Part shown: positions 19,818 through 29,315 of the stretch, one piece after another
Layout: each line of letters begins with the position of its first letter
Position numbering within the stretch: position 1 is the first letter of the stretch
Assembly: GCA_963701965.1 (NCBI GenBank)
Contig: OY969695.1
Location: 1,952,001-2,016,000 of the forward strand
Length of the DNA stretch: 64,000 nucleotides
Direction: 5' to 3'
Source of the DNA: an uncultured Gemmatimonadales bacterium
Lineage (GTDB): Bacteria > Gemmatimonadota > Gemmatimonadetes > Gemmatimonadales > Gemmatimonadaceae
The notes under the pieces: model-generated
The model's database searches: none
What the model was told of the DNA's origin: nothing
What the model saw: the letters and a program-made list of their open reading frames with translations, nothing else
Program-made: the position numbers and the translations under genes

Positions 19818-20246
19818 TCAGGCGGGACGCAGGCGGCCGTCGACCCCCGCGCATCGCGCGCGGACGGCGGCCGTCAAGTCCTCGATGTCGAACGGCTTGA
19901 GCAGCACGGGACATCCGGTCGCCTCCAGCGTCGCGTAGGTGGCGATCGCAATGTCCCCCGTGATGAAAATCGTGCGCTCCCTGAGCCCGGGCTGCACGCT
20001 CTGCGCGTACTCGAACAAGAGATCGCCGCGTACGTCGGGGATGCGATAGTCGAGAATCAGGCAGTCGAAGCAATGGTCTCCCAGCAGCCGCTCCGCCGTC
20101 TCCCCACCCGGCGCGACGTCCACGACATACCCATCGCGCGTCAGCAACACGGCGAACGCCTGGCGGATCGACGGCTCGTCGTCCACCAAGAGAATGCGCA
20201 GGCCGCTGCCGCGGCGCCCGCCCGCCCTATCCCTGTCCGGCGGCAT
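19818..20246 (-). CDS. Stand-alone response-regulator receiver domain
   Basis: ILLVDDE, phospho-acceptor in CLILD, FITG, LLKPF. Confidence 0.88.
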   Translation of the reverse strand: MPPDRDRAGGRRGSGLRILLVDDEPSIRQAFAVLLTRDGYVVDVAPGGETAERLLGDHCFDCLILDYRIPDVRGDLLFEYAQSVQPGLRERTIFITGDIAIATYATLEATGCPVLLKPFDIEDLTAAVRARCAGVDGRLRPA

Positions 20247-21168
20247 GGCGCAACAGGGTGAGCACCGGCAGCGCCGCCGGCGCGCGCCGGCCCACCACCA
20301 GTGTCGAGAGACACTCCGACACGCACTGGTCCGGCGTCACGACGCGACGCCACGCCGCGAAGCGGCGCCCGCTCATCAGGCGCACATGCGCCGCGAACAC
20401 ACGGGCGTCCCCGTAGCCGAGGCGCTGCGCGACATCCGCCATCGAGAGCGCCGGATTCTGCGCGTATTGATACGCGCGCAGGACGCGCGCCGCGACGACC
20501 ATGACGCGGGCCGGCGCCAAGCCCAGCCGCTCCAACCACCGGTTCACGCCGCGCCGCGGCATCTCGGCCGCCAAGGCGACGTCGCCGGCGCTCTGAAAGC
20601 GCATCGGTCGCCGGAACAGCTCCTCGACCGCCCCCGCCAAAGCCGCCGGCGCCTCACCCGCCATGAACACCACCCGCAGCGCGCACACGATCCGCTCCTC
20701 GAGCCCCGACGCGCGCAGCGTTTCCAACCGTTCCCGGAATCGCGTCGGCTCGTCGTCGAACCCCCGCAGGATGCAATGCCGCACGCCGCACTCGCCGAGC
20801 GACAACATCGCTCTGGTGGATTCGGCGGTGATGGACGTGTACACCAGCATGGAGACCAATGGAAAGCCGGCGCGGATCGCCCGGACGGCCTCGATGTCCG
20901 CGGGGCCGTCCACGCACGGATCCACGACCGTGATCTCCACCGGTCGCGCGCGGAGCACGCCGGCCAGCGCCGGCCAGCTCGTCGCCGCGAGCACGGTGTG
21001 TACATCACCGGCCACGGCGCGCAGGTGGGACAACATCAATGGCGACAAACGGGCGACCAGCTGGAGCGCCGGCGCCCGATTCCGCCGTCGAATGACCCGA
21101 TCGGCGATTGGCAGGCACGGCTCGGTAACCGAACGTTCTGCGAGGCGGCAATGGTCCGCCGTCTCCAT
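20227..21168 (-). CDS. AraC-like HTH regulator with a degenerate receiver-like N-domain (start uncertain, between 21168 and 21036)
   Basis: C-terminal double HTH (SAGDVALAAEMPRRGVNRWL...SMADVAQRLGYGDARVFAAHVR); N-terminal VVDP and LVYT receiver-like segments; its end overlaps the receiver gene start. Confidence 0.75.
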   Translation of the reverse strand: METADHCRLAERSVTEPCLPIADRVIRRRNRAPALQLVARLSPLMLSHLRAVAGDVHTVLAATSWPALAGVLRARPVEITVVDPCVDGPADIEAVRAIRAGFPLVSMLVYTSITAESTRAMLSLGECGVRHCILRGFDDEPTRFRERLETLRASGLEERIVCALRVVFMAGEAPAALAGAVEELFRRPMRFQSAGDVALAAEMPRRGVNRWLERLGLAPARVMVVAARVLRAYQYAQNPALSMADVAQRLGYGDARVFAAHVRLMSGRRFAAWRRVVTPDQCVSECLSTLVVGRRAPAALPVLTLLRHAAGQG

Positions 21169-21183
21169 GCCTTCGAGGTAACC

Positions 21184-21402
21184 ATGCTCGTTCGCCCCGC
21201 CCGCGGCGCCGCTCTCGTACTCGGCGCTACGATACTCGCCCTCGCGACTGCCTGCGCCAGCCCCATGGCGCCCCACGCCGCCAACAGCGGTATCGGCGCT
21301 GGCTCCAGCGGCCAATCGACGTCGGTCAGCTCCGGCATCGGCGCCGGCTCCAGCGGTCAGTCGGCGGCCCACTCCGGTATCGGCGCCGGCTCCAGCGGCT
21401 GA
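21184..21402 (+). CDS. 72-aa exported peptide with three SGIGAGSSG repeats (candidate signalling propeptide)
   Basis: GAGGT Shine-Dalgarno at 21175-21179, ATG 21184, hydrophobic signal ending ATAC, three repeats differing only synonymously, TGA directly after the last repeat. Confidence 0.8.
   Translation: MLVRPARGAALVLGATILALATACASPMAPHAANSGIGAGSSGQSTSVSSGIGAGSSGQSAAHSGIGAGSSG
21286..21399 (+). repeat. Three 27-bp coding repeats (21286-21312, 21331-21357, 21373-21399)
   Basis: All three encode SGIGAGSSG; the spacers encode QSTSVS and QSAAH. Confidence 0.95.
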
Positions 21403-21422
21403 GCGCCCCTGCGGCGGCGCGG

Positions 21423-22745
21423 TCATCCGCTGACCGCGGCCATCAATCGGGCCCCGTGAATCGCCTCCGCTACCCGGCTCACGCCAGACGGCCGGGACGC
21501 CGCGGATATCGCGGGTAGCGCGGCGCGCGGCGCCAGATCGAGGCCGGAACGGAGCGCCGCGCGCGCCGCACCGGCGCGCTGTGCCAGTTCGGCCAGCCCG
21601 TGCCGTTCGGCGATGGCGACCGCCCGGTCGAATGCCGCCGCCGCGCGCACGGGCTGCCCGAACGTAATGTGGCCCTGCGCGACGTAGTACTCGAACTCGC
21701 CCGCCACCACCGGCGGCAGCGCCGCACCCGCCAGGGCTTTCCAATGGCGCCGGAAATCCAGCTCCGATCCCTCGATCGTCGCGATCTCAATGAGGTTGAC
21801 CGTCGCCACCCACCGCGTGTACGGCTCGTGCGCCGTGTCGGCGAGCAAGGCGTTCGCGTCGCGCGCGACATCGGGAAACCCGGCCAGCTGCAGCAACGAG
21901 GCCAACGTCACCAGCACGCGCTCGCGCTCCACCGCGTCGGCCGTGGAGACGAGCGCCTCGTAGCCATAGCCGATGCCCTGCTCATAGTCGCCGCGCTGCA
22001 GGGCCACGTTGGCCAGATCGTGCCAGGCGAACGCGCGCACTTCGCTGCAATCGGCGGCCGACGCGGCGGTCACGATCTCCAACAACTGCTCGTGCGCCTG
22101 CGGCAGATCGCCGAGACCCGCGCAGAGCTTGGCCTCGCCCAGTCGCGCCCGCAGCACGCCGCGCTGGTCGTTCCGCGACGCGGCCAACGACCCGGCCGCG
22201 TGAAACGCCTGCGCCGCCCTCGGCGCGTCGCCCAGCGTCCGATAGCAAATGCCCAGGTAGAGGGCCGCCGACGTCGCGACGTCGTCGTCGACCGGACCGA
22301 TGACCAGGTCGTCCACGTAGGCTTCCCACACCAGCGCGTAGACGTCGGCCGCCAATCCCCACGCCGAACGAACATGCAGCGCGCGGGCATATGCGAATAG
22401 CGGCGGGATGATGCGCGGGGATTCGCCCTCGCGTAGCGCGACGACACGCGCCACGATATTGCTCAGGAGACGCCGTTCGGCGCCCTCCAATGGCCACTCG
22501 GCGATCGCGTGGTGCACGGCATGGACTTCGTACTGGAACGCCCGCTCCTGCGCCCGCGCGTTGGCGAGCGACTCCGCGCCCCAGCGAACGGGTCGGGGAT
22601 GCCACGAGTCGAGTAGGCGAAGCGTGACGAGTCCCGCGCGCGCCGCTCTCCATCCATCGCTGGCCTCATCAGTAGACGCCAGCGCGTCGAAGAACGCGCT
22701 ATGCCGCAGGGACGTCTCAGTCTGAATCACTGGAACGACGGCCAT
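21423..22745 (-). CDS. Cytoplasmic all-helical TPR-like repeat protein
   Basis: TPR-like segments ALYLGICYRTLGDAPRAAQAF, AWHDLANVALQRGDYEQGIGY, YYVAQGHITFGQPVRAAAAFDRA; no signal peptide. Confidence 0.72.
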   Translation of the reverse strand: MAVVPVIQTETSLRHSAFFDALASTDEASDGWRAARAGLVTLRLLDSWHPRPVRWGAESLANARAQERAFQYEVHAVHHAIAEWPLEGAERRLLSNIVARVVALREGESPRIIPPLFAYARALHVRSAWGLAADVYALVWEAYVDDLVIGPVDDDVATSAALYLGICYRTLGDAPRAAQAFHAAGSLAASRNDQRGVLRARLGEAKLCAGLGDLPQAHEQLLEIVTAASAADCSEVRAFAWHDLANVALQRGDYEQGIGYGYEALVSTADAVERERVLVTLASLLQLAGFPDVARDANALLADTAHEPYTRWVATVNLIEIATIEGSELDFRRHWKALAGAALPPVVAGEFEYYVAQGHITFGQPVRAAAAFDRAVAIAERHGLAELAQRAGAARAALRSGLDLAPRAALPAISAASRPSGVSRVAEAIHGARLMAAVSG

Positions 22746-22873
22746 GATGTACCTCGGTGCGCTACGATATGGTAAGGCGGGGCAACGCGCCATGCCGTGA
22801 CCCAGTCCACAGACTCGGGCACCGAATCCCACGCCCGGACACTACTGTAATAGGCGACTGAGTGATATATCGT

Positions 22874-22899
22874 TCAATACCAACGCGTTACGGTATTGA
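22874..22899. promoter_or_regulatory. Inverted repeat (candidate operator) between the divergent TPR and permease genes
   Basis: TCAATACC-N10-GGTATTGA in an AT-rich patch; the spacer contains the palindrome AACGCGTT. Confidence 0.45.
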
Positions 22900-22938
22900 T
22901 AAGACTGGGTACGTCGGTTGCTCCCTGCGTAGGCAGCC

Positions 22939-25326
22939 ATGCAATCCCTCGCCCAAGACCTCAAGCTCGCCATGCGCCGGATTGGGCGCTATCCGGCGAT
23001 TTCGTTTGCTATTATCGCGACACTAACGCTTAGTATTGGCGCCAGCGTCGCGACATTTAGTATCGTTAGCGGCGTTCTGCTCCACCCGCTCCCGTATCCC
23101 GAACCTGACCGTCTGCTCGTGCTCGCCCCGGATGGCGTATCGATACCGGACGGCGTCGACTGGCGGGAGCGGAGCCACACGCTGCGCGATGCCGCGCTCT
23201 TTCTCCCCACCTGGGATTTCGACCTGACCGGACGTGGCGCGCCCGAACGCCTGGATGGCGCTGTCATCGAGCCACGCCTGTTCCGCGTGCTCGGCGTGCA
23301 CGCCGAGTTGGGTCGGGATCTCAGCGACGCCGATGATCGCGCGGGCGGACCACACGTCGCCGTCATCGCCCGCGGCCTCTGGGTCCGCCGGTTCGGCGCC
23401 GACCCGCAAGCGATCGGGCGGACCATCACGTTGAATGGCGCGGCCACCACCATTGTCGGCGTCATGCCCGCCGAAGCGGACGTCTTCGGCACCGGAGTGC
23501 AGGTGTGGGTGCCGCAGGCCATCGAAACGCCGTGGGCCGCCACCAGTCGCGGGAGCAACAACTTCGCCGCCATCGGCCGCCTCGCGCCCGCGACCACCCT
23601 CGAGGCCGGACGCGCTGAATTGCTGACGATCAGCCGCGCATTGGCCGCCAAGTACCCGGACACGAACGAGGGCAAGCTCCTCGCGCCGGTACCGATCCTC
23701 GACGCCCTCGTCGGCCAGGTCCGGGCACCGCTCGTGCTCCTCCTCGCGGCCGTCTCGCTTGCGCTGCTCCTCGCCGCCGCGAATCTCGCGGGCCTGCTCC
23801 TCGCCCGCGCCGAGTCGCGCCGCGACGAGATCGCCGTCCGCCTCGCCTTGGGCGGCGGACGCCGGCGCATCGTGCGGCAACTCGTCACCGAAGGCGCCGT
23901 GCTCGTCGGCGTCGGCGCCGCCCTCGGCACCCTGCTCGCGGCCATGGGACGCGACCTCCTCGTCGCACTGGCCCCGGCGTCGCTGCCTCGCGCCGCGGAG
24001 ATCGGTATCGACTGGAGAGTCCTCGCCTTCGCCGTCATTGCGGCCGCGGTCACCGGCGCCCTGTGCTCGGCCCTGCCGGCGCTGGTGACGGTGCCATCCA
24101 GTCGCGCCCGCCGCGCCGCGCCGCGCTCCCGGACGTTCTTGCGCGGCCTCGTGGTGGGCGAGCTGACGGCGGGCCTCGTCCTCGTCAGCGGCGCCGCACT
24201 CCTGGCGCGCAGTCTCTTCGCCCTGGAACGCGTGAACCTCGGGTTTGATCCGGCGCGCGTCGTCACCGCCGACCTGGTTCTTCCCGAAGCGCGCTATGGA
24301 GTCCGCGAGCGGCAAACGGCGGCGTTCCTGGCCGCGGTGCGGGCGCTAGCCGTGGCGCCGGGAGTCGAGGCCGCGGGATCGGGGATGGGCATTCCGCTCT
24401 CCGGGAACATGCACGTCGGATACCGGTTCGCCATCAATGGACGGCCTCCGCTCCCCGCGGGTCAGGACGGCGCCGCCGATCGCCCGGTGACCGGTGAATA
24501 CTTCCGGGCAATGGGGCTGCCCCTCCTGTCCGGCCGCACCTTCACGGAATCCGACCGCGCGGGAACGGCACCCGTTGCCGTCGTCAACCAAACATTCGCG
24601 CGCCAGTACTGGCCCGGCGCGTCCGCGCTCGGCGCGCACGTCCACTGGGTCGGGATCGACGGTGGCGGCGCGTGGATGACGGTGGTCGGGGTCGTCGGCG
24701 ATGCGGCGGGCGCGGCGCCCACGACGCGCGATGCGCCAGCGATCTACGTTCCCTACGCCCAACGCACCGAGCAGTGGCAGCGATTTGGCACACTCGTCGT
24801 GCGGCTCCGCGCCGGCCTCGATCCTGCCGCCGGCGCCGCGCTCCTGCGGGATACCTGGGCCCGCGTGGACCCGGACGTGCCGCTCGCCCATGTGGGGCCG
24901 ATGACGCGCCGGCGCGCCGACAGCATCGCCCAGCCGCGGTTCAATGCGCTGGCGCTGGGCGTGTTCGCGCTCGGCGCGCTCATCCTCGCCGTGCAGGGCG
25001 TATACGGGACCGTCAGCTATGTCGTCGAGCAACGGCGGCGCGAGTTCGGCGTGCGCGTCGCCATCGGCGCCACGGCGCTCAATGTCGTGCGCATCGTCAT
25101 GCGCGACGCGGCCGCAATGGCGCTCGGCGGCATCGCCCTCGGCACCATTGGCGCATTGGCGGCGACCCGGGCCTTGGGGAGCCTGTTGTATGGCGTTGGC
25201 GCCAGCGATCCCGCGACGCACGCGGCCGCAGCCGCGGCCCTGGCCGCCGCCGCGCTCGTCGGCGCCTATGTCCCCGCGCGCCGCGCGGGCCGCGCCGACG
25301 CCGCCCAGTCCCTGCGCGGCGAGTAA
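22939..25326 (+). CDS. ADOP-type duplicated ABC permease (MacB/FtsX-like)
   Basis: MQSLAQDLKLAMR start, HPLPYPEPDRL, two FtsX-like halves (EIAVRLALGG, EFGVRVAIGA), ending PARRA...LRGE. Confidence 0.9.
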   Translation: MQSLAQDLKLAMRRIGRYPAISFAIIATLTLSIGASVATFSIVSGVLLHPLPYPEPDRLLVLAPDGVSIPDGVDWRERSHTLRDAALFLPTWDFDLTGRGAPERLDGAVIEPRLFRVLGVHAELGRDLSDADDRAGGPHVAVIARGLWVRRFGADPQAIGRTITLNGAATTIVGVMPAEADVFGTGVQVWVPQAIETPWAATSRGSNNFAAIGRLAPATTLEAGRAELLTISRALAAKYPDTNEGKLLAPVPILDALVGQVRAPLVLLLAAVSLALLLAAANLAGLLLARAESRRDEIAVRLALGGGRRRIVRQLVTEGAVLVGVGAALGTLLAAMGRDLLVALAPASLPRAAEIGIDWRVLAFAVIAAAVTGALCSALPALVTVPSSRARRAAPRSRTFLRGLVVGELTAGLVLVSGAALLARSLFALERVNLGFDPARVVTADLVLPEARYGVRERQTAAFLAAVRALAVAPGVEAAGSGMGIPLSGNMHVGYRFAINGRPPLPAGQDGAADRPVTGEYFRAMGLPLLSGRTFTESDRAGTAPVAVVNQTFARQYWPGASALGAHVHWVGIDGGGAWMTVVGVVGDAAGAAPTTRDAPAIYVPYAQRTEQWQRFGTLVVRLRAGLDPAAGAALLRDTWARVDPDVPLAHVGPMTRRRADSIAQPRFNALALGVFALGALILAVQGVYGTVSYVVEQRRREFGVRVAIGATALNVVRIVMRDAAAMALGGIALGTIGALAATRALGSLLYGVGASDPATHAAAAAALAAAALVGAYVPARRAGRADAAQSLRGE

Positions 25327-26733
25327 GCCGGCCCGTATACTCCACGCACGTCCAGAGCCGTCCTCACTACCATCGCCGCGACCGCGGCGGCGCGGCTCGC
25401 GCTGGCGGCCGCTTTTGGGCTGGGCGTCGATGAGTCCTACGCCGCATCGGTGGCCCGGCCACCATCGCTCAGCTACTTCGAGCACCCACCGCTCCATTTC
25501 TGGATCGCGGCGGGCGCCGAGGCGGTGGCGCGGGTCCACGGCGCGAGTCCCATGGCGGATCTGGCGGTGCGCGCGCCCTTCATCGCACTGTTCGCGCTGA
25601 CCACGTGGCTCATGTACCGCCTGACGGCACGTCTGTTCAATGAACCGGCCGGCGTCGCCGCGGCACTGGCGCTCAACGTCTCCGCCGTGTTCACCGTCAG
25701 CACCGGCGGGTGGGTCCTGCCGGATGGGCCCCTCATGTGCGCGGCGCTCGCCGCCGTCTACTGCGTCGTGCGCGCGGTCGACAATGACGCGCCGGCATGG
25801 TGGCTCGGAGCCGGGCTCGCGTGTGGTGTCGCTTTGCTCTCCAAGTACCACGGCGTGCTCGTTATCGCCGGGGTGTTTCTCTTTCTCGTGAGCACGCCGG
25901 GCGCGCGTCGATGGCTGGCGCGTCCCGCTCCCTATCTCGCCGTGCTCATCGCCGCTTTGGTGTTTTCGCCGGTGCTCATCTGGAATGCGCGGCATGGGTG
26001 GATTTCGTTCGTCTTTCAGCTCGGGCGCAACGCGCCGCCCCATGGGCGGCCGTTGCTCGCGCTGTTGCAGAACATTGGGGGGCAGATTGGCTTTGTGTTG
26101 CCGTGGGTGTGGATTCCACTGATCATGGCCTTCGTCTCGGCGCTTCGCGCCGGACGAAAAGACGCACGAGGGTGGTTGTGCTGCAGCCTGGCGATCATAC
26201 CCATCACGTTGTTCACCTTGGCGTCGCTGGGCGGGAATCCGGGGCAGCCGCATTGGCCGGCGCTCGGCTATCTCTTTCTCTTCCCTCTGCTCGGGCGCGG
26301 CGCGACGGCCTGGCCGTTTCGGCGCTGGCTCGCCGCGTCGTTCGCGGTGCTCGGCGCGGCCGCGCTCATCGTGTGTTGGCGCCCGCCGGCCGATCTCGTG
26401 GATTGGAAGGACATTCAGCAGCTCGATACGCGCGGCCGTTTCGTCGCGGCGCCGAGTTGGATCCAAGCGGGCAAGGTCGCGTGGGCGCTCGGTCCGGACG
26501 TGCCGGTGCTCTGTCTCAGCGTCGAGCCCCACCAATTCGCCTTTCTCCGGGACCCGCGCGATTTCGTCGGGAAAGACGGACTCCTCATCATGCGCCCCCA
26601 AGGCGCGAAGGCCACCCTGGCCCGGTACGCGTCCTTGTTCGCGGCGATCACCCCTCTCGGTGAACGGCCGATCACGCGCCTCGGCCGCACCCAGTTCACG
26701 GTGGCGGTCTTCTCAGCGACCCAAATGAAATAA
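25327..26733 (+). CDS. GT-C fold glycosyltransferase (family 39 / ArnT-like); start codon unresolved
   Basis: GVDESY, SYFEHPP, PDGPL, LLSKY and SPVLIWNA motifs; the open frame extends upstream of GTG 25450 to the preceding stop. Confidence 0.8.
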   Translation, partial: AGPYTPRTSRAVLTTIAATAAARLALAAAFGLGVDESYAASVARPPSLSYFEHPPLHFWIAAGAEAVARVHGASPMADLAVRAPFIALFALTTWLMYRLTARLFNEPAGVAAALALNVSAVFTVSTGGWVLPDGPLMCAALAAVYCVVRAVDNDAPAWWLGAGLACGVALLSKYHGVLVIAGVFLFLVSTPGARRWLARPAPYLAVLIAALVFSPVLIWNARHGWISFVFQLGRNAPPHGRPLLALLQNIGGQIGFVLPWVWIPLIMAFVSALRAGRKDARGWLCCSLAIIPITLFTLASLGGNPGQPHWPALGYLFLFPLLGRGATAWPFRRWLAASFAVLGAAALIVCWRPPADLVDWKDIQQLDTRGRFVAAPSWIQAGKVAWALGPDVPVLCLSVEPHQFAFLRDPRDFVGKDGLLIMRPQGAKATLARYASLFAAITPLGERPITRLGRTQFTVAVFSATQMK

Positions 26734-29056
26734 GTAGGTGACCTTCACGAAGAAGCTGTCGTTCAGCCGATTGAGTCCCGTGAAATTGAATGCATAGGGC
26801 TCGGCCAGATTGCTACTGTAGCCCAGGTAGAATACGGTCCCCGGCGTCGGCTGATACGAGAACAGAAAGTTTCCGCTGACCGCGTTGGCCAGCGTCTTGG
26901 GCTGCGGCAGGAACGTATTCGTGGCCGGGTCACGAATCAGAATCGGATCATTCGTGCGTCCGTCGTCGCGCAGCGCCGCGACCCACGTCGAGTTGTACTG
27001 GCCGATGAACCGGACGAAGATCGGCCGCGCCAGCTGATAGGCGACTTCGAGGTAGGGCACGCGCTGCACGGCCACCTGCGTATTGTCCGATCGCCGGACC
27101 CACTGCTGTTGCGCATAAATCAGGGATACCCGCGCCCGATCGGTCGGTCGCCAGTCGATCGTCGCGTTGAAATCGAGGATCCAGGACGACGACCACTCGT
27201 AAAAGTTGTCGTCGATCCCCGTGACGGCGGTGATAGACGCGTCAAATCCCTTCCATCGCGGCGTCGTGAACCCCGTGACGATGTCGAGGTTCGGCAGGTT
27301 CGGCGTGCCCACGTACGGCACGGTGTCCACCCCCGCAGCCGTGCGTTTCGCCACGTAATAGTTGGCGTACAGGGACGGATCGTACCCGTACGTCTCGACG
27401 AACACGTTTCCCACGAACTGCCATCCCCCGTGCAGGGTCACGGCGTTGCTGAAGTGCCACCGCACGTCCTCGCCACGGTGGAGCGCCAGAAAATTGTCGT
27501 AGCGCCACGTGGTGACCTGGCTGAAATCGAACGTGTAGCTCTCGACGAGCGCGCCCGGCTTCCCGTACACGATCAGCGCATTGTCGAGATCCATGTTCAC
27601 GATGCCCGTGCGGGCGACGTATCCACTTTCGTCAATGAATTGCGGCGCGTACCCGGTCAGCAACCAATGCAGGCGGAGATGCCGGCCGTTGCGCTCGAAC
27701 AACCCGCTCCAGAGGGGACCCGCGCCGCGGGTGGTATCCGTGCGCGTATCGCTCACGGCCCCCTGGAGGCGGAGGTCGTAGATGTCGCCGAACACCAGGC
27801 GCGCATCGAGACTCCCGACGTGATTGAAGTACGGCCCGTCCTCGCGGTCCGCGGCCAGGAGGCCGACCGTGAGCGCCGATCCCAGATCGCGGCGGACGCG
27901 CAGGATGTTGAAGACCGGGTGATCCGTCCCCGTCGCGGAGCCCGTCGTCGCATCGGCCGCCGAGAGGAGGCCGATGCTGGCGCCCGCCATTTCGCCGGTG
28001 AGCTTCACGGCCGCGTCCGGCTGCAGGATCTGTCGGGTGTAGACGAGCAGGTTCGGCGTGTCGAACTGCTCGAGGCCATCGAGGAAGAAGGGACGTTTTT
28101 CGGGGAAAAAGAGCGCGTTGCGCGGGTCGTAGGACAGCACGGGGACGTCGGATTCGATCTGGGAGAAGTCCGGCCGCACGGTGCCATCGAGCGTGAGGTT
28201 GTCGGTGAGGCCCCACCGGACGTTGCCGCCGGGGTGCAAGGGTTGCGCGCTGTAACGCCATCCACCCGGTTGCGGCGTGCCGTCGACGTGCGACGTGAGC
28301 TCGGGATTGACGTCGAGGACCGTGCCCCGACTCAGCTCCTGCAATCCTTCCAATGTGCCGAATTGACCAATGAACGAGGCGTTCGATTGGCGCGCCGGCG
28401 TCCAGGTGTCCTGATAGCCCGAGTGTTGGACCTGCCGCACGATGTTCATGCCCCAGCGTTGGGCCCCGCCGGAGCTGAAGCTGATGCTGCTGAAAGGAAT
28501 GCGGACCGCGACCTCGTAGCCGTAGTCGGTGACGTGGCCGCGAGATTCATACGTGTAGTCGGTGCTGAGATCGACGGTATCGCGGATGGGCGCCGGCCCG
28601 CCGATGCTGGACGTCTTGGCCTGGATCCCTTCGCTGAGGATCCCGTCCGCCTGAATGCCCAGCGGGTTCACGCCAAAGACGTATGTGTGTCGATGGTCGT
28701 GGGATGTATCGAGGAGAATCTGGATGTAGTCGTCCGACGCGATCTTGTCGCGATCGGCGAGCGTCGCGTGGACCGGCCCGTGTGATTCGTAGGCGCGGAT
28801 GCCGAAGTAGATGGCCCGGCGCGAGTAGAACACCAGAATTCGCGTCGAATCGGCTGCCGGAACGCCGTCCGACGGCGAGTATTGCGAGAACCCGCGCAAA
28901 ACCGCCGCTCGTGTCCACGCCGGGTCATCGAGCGTGCCGTCGATACGGATGTCCGTTTCGACGCGCGGGATGCGGACGGCCACTTGACCCGCGCGGCCGT
29001 CGTACACCGAATCAGAATGTTGTGGCCAAAACGAGGGCCAGCAGGGGCACGAGCAC
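26713..29056 (-). CDS. DUF5916 / CBM9-like secreted outer-membrane protein; N-terminus probably frameshifted
   Basis: IRIDGTLDDPAW, VRIPFSSI, PDFSQIESD, FFPEKRPFFLDG, FFVKVTYLF; a signal-like VLVPLLALVLA lies in an adjacent frame starting at GTG 29056. Confidence 0.75.
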
Positions 29057-29171
29057 GGGCGACAGTACGCCAATGACGCCAGTCCAACAAGGGAAATCAG
29101 GCGTATCGGTACCCCATTCCCTATGTCCAGACAAAATACTTACGTAGCTATGATGTCGCGTTGTCCGAACG

Positions 29172-29200
29172 TTGACAGTTCCCGCCTGTGGTGTTATTCG
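29172..29200 (+). promoter_or_regulatory. Putative sigma70 promoter of SusC copy 2 operon
   Basis: TTGACA-17 bp-TATTCG with an extended -10 TG. Confidence 0.62.
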
Positions 29201-29315
29201 ATGGCCCGACCTTCATCACACGTCTCTATTAAGTCGTGGCGGGGCACTATGTCCGGTGCCGCGCTCCGGCGGAGCCGTGTCTGTTTGGGGGATAACACAT
29301 CCACCGGGGAGCGGA

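Noticed and set aside
21184..21402. Multi-core RiPP precursor
   Set aside because: No recognisable modifying enzyme (radical SAM, YcaO, LanM, ATP-grasp) lies nearby, and the N-terminus is an export signal rather than a RiPP leader. Modification in trans is not excluded.
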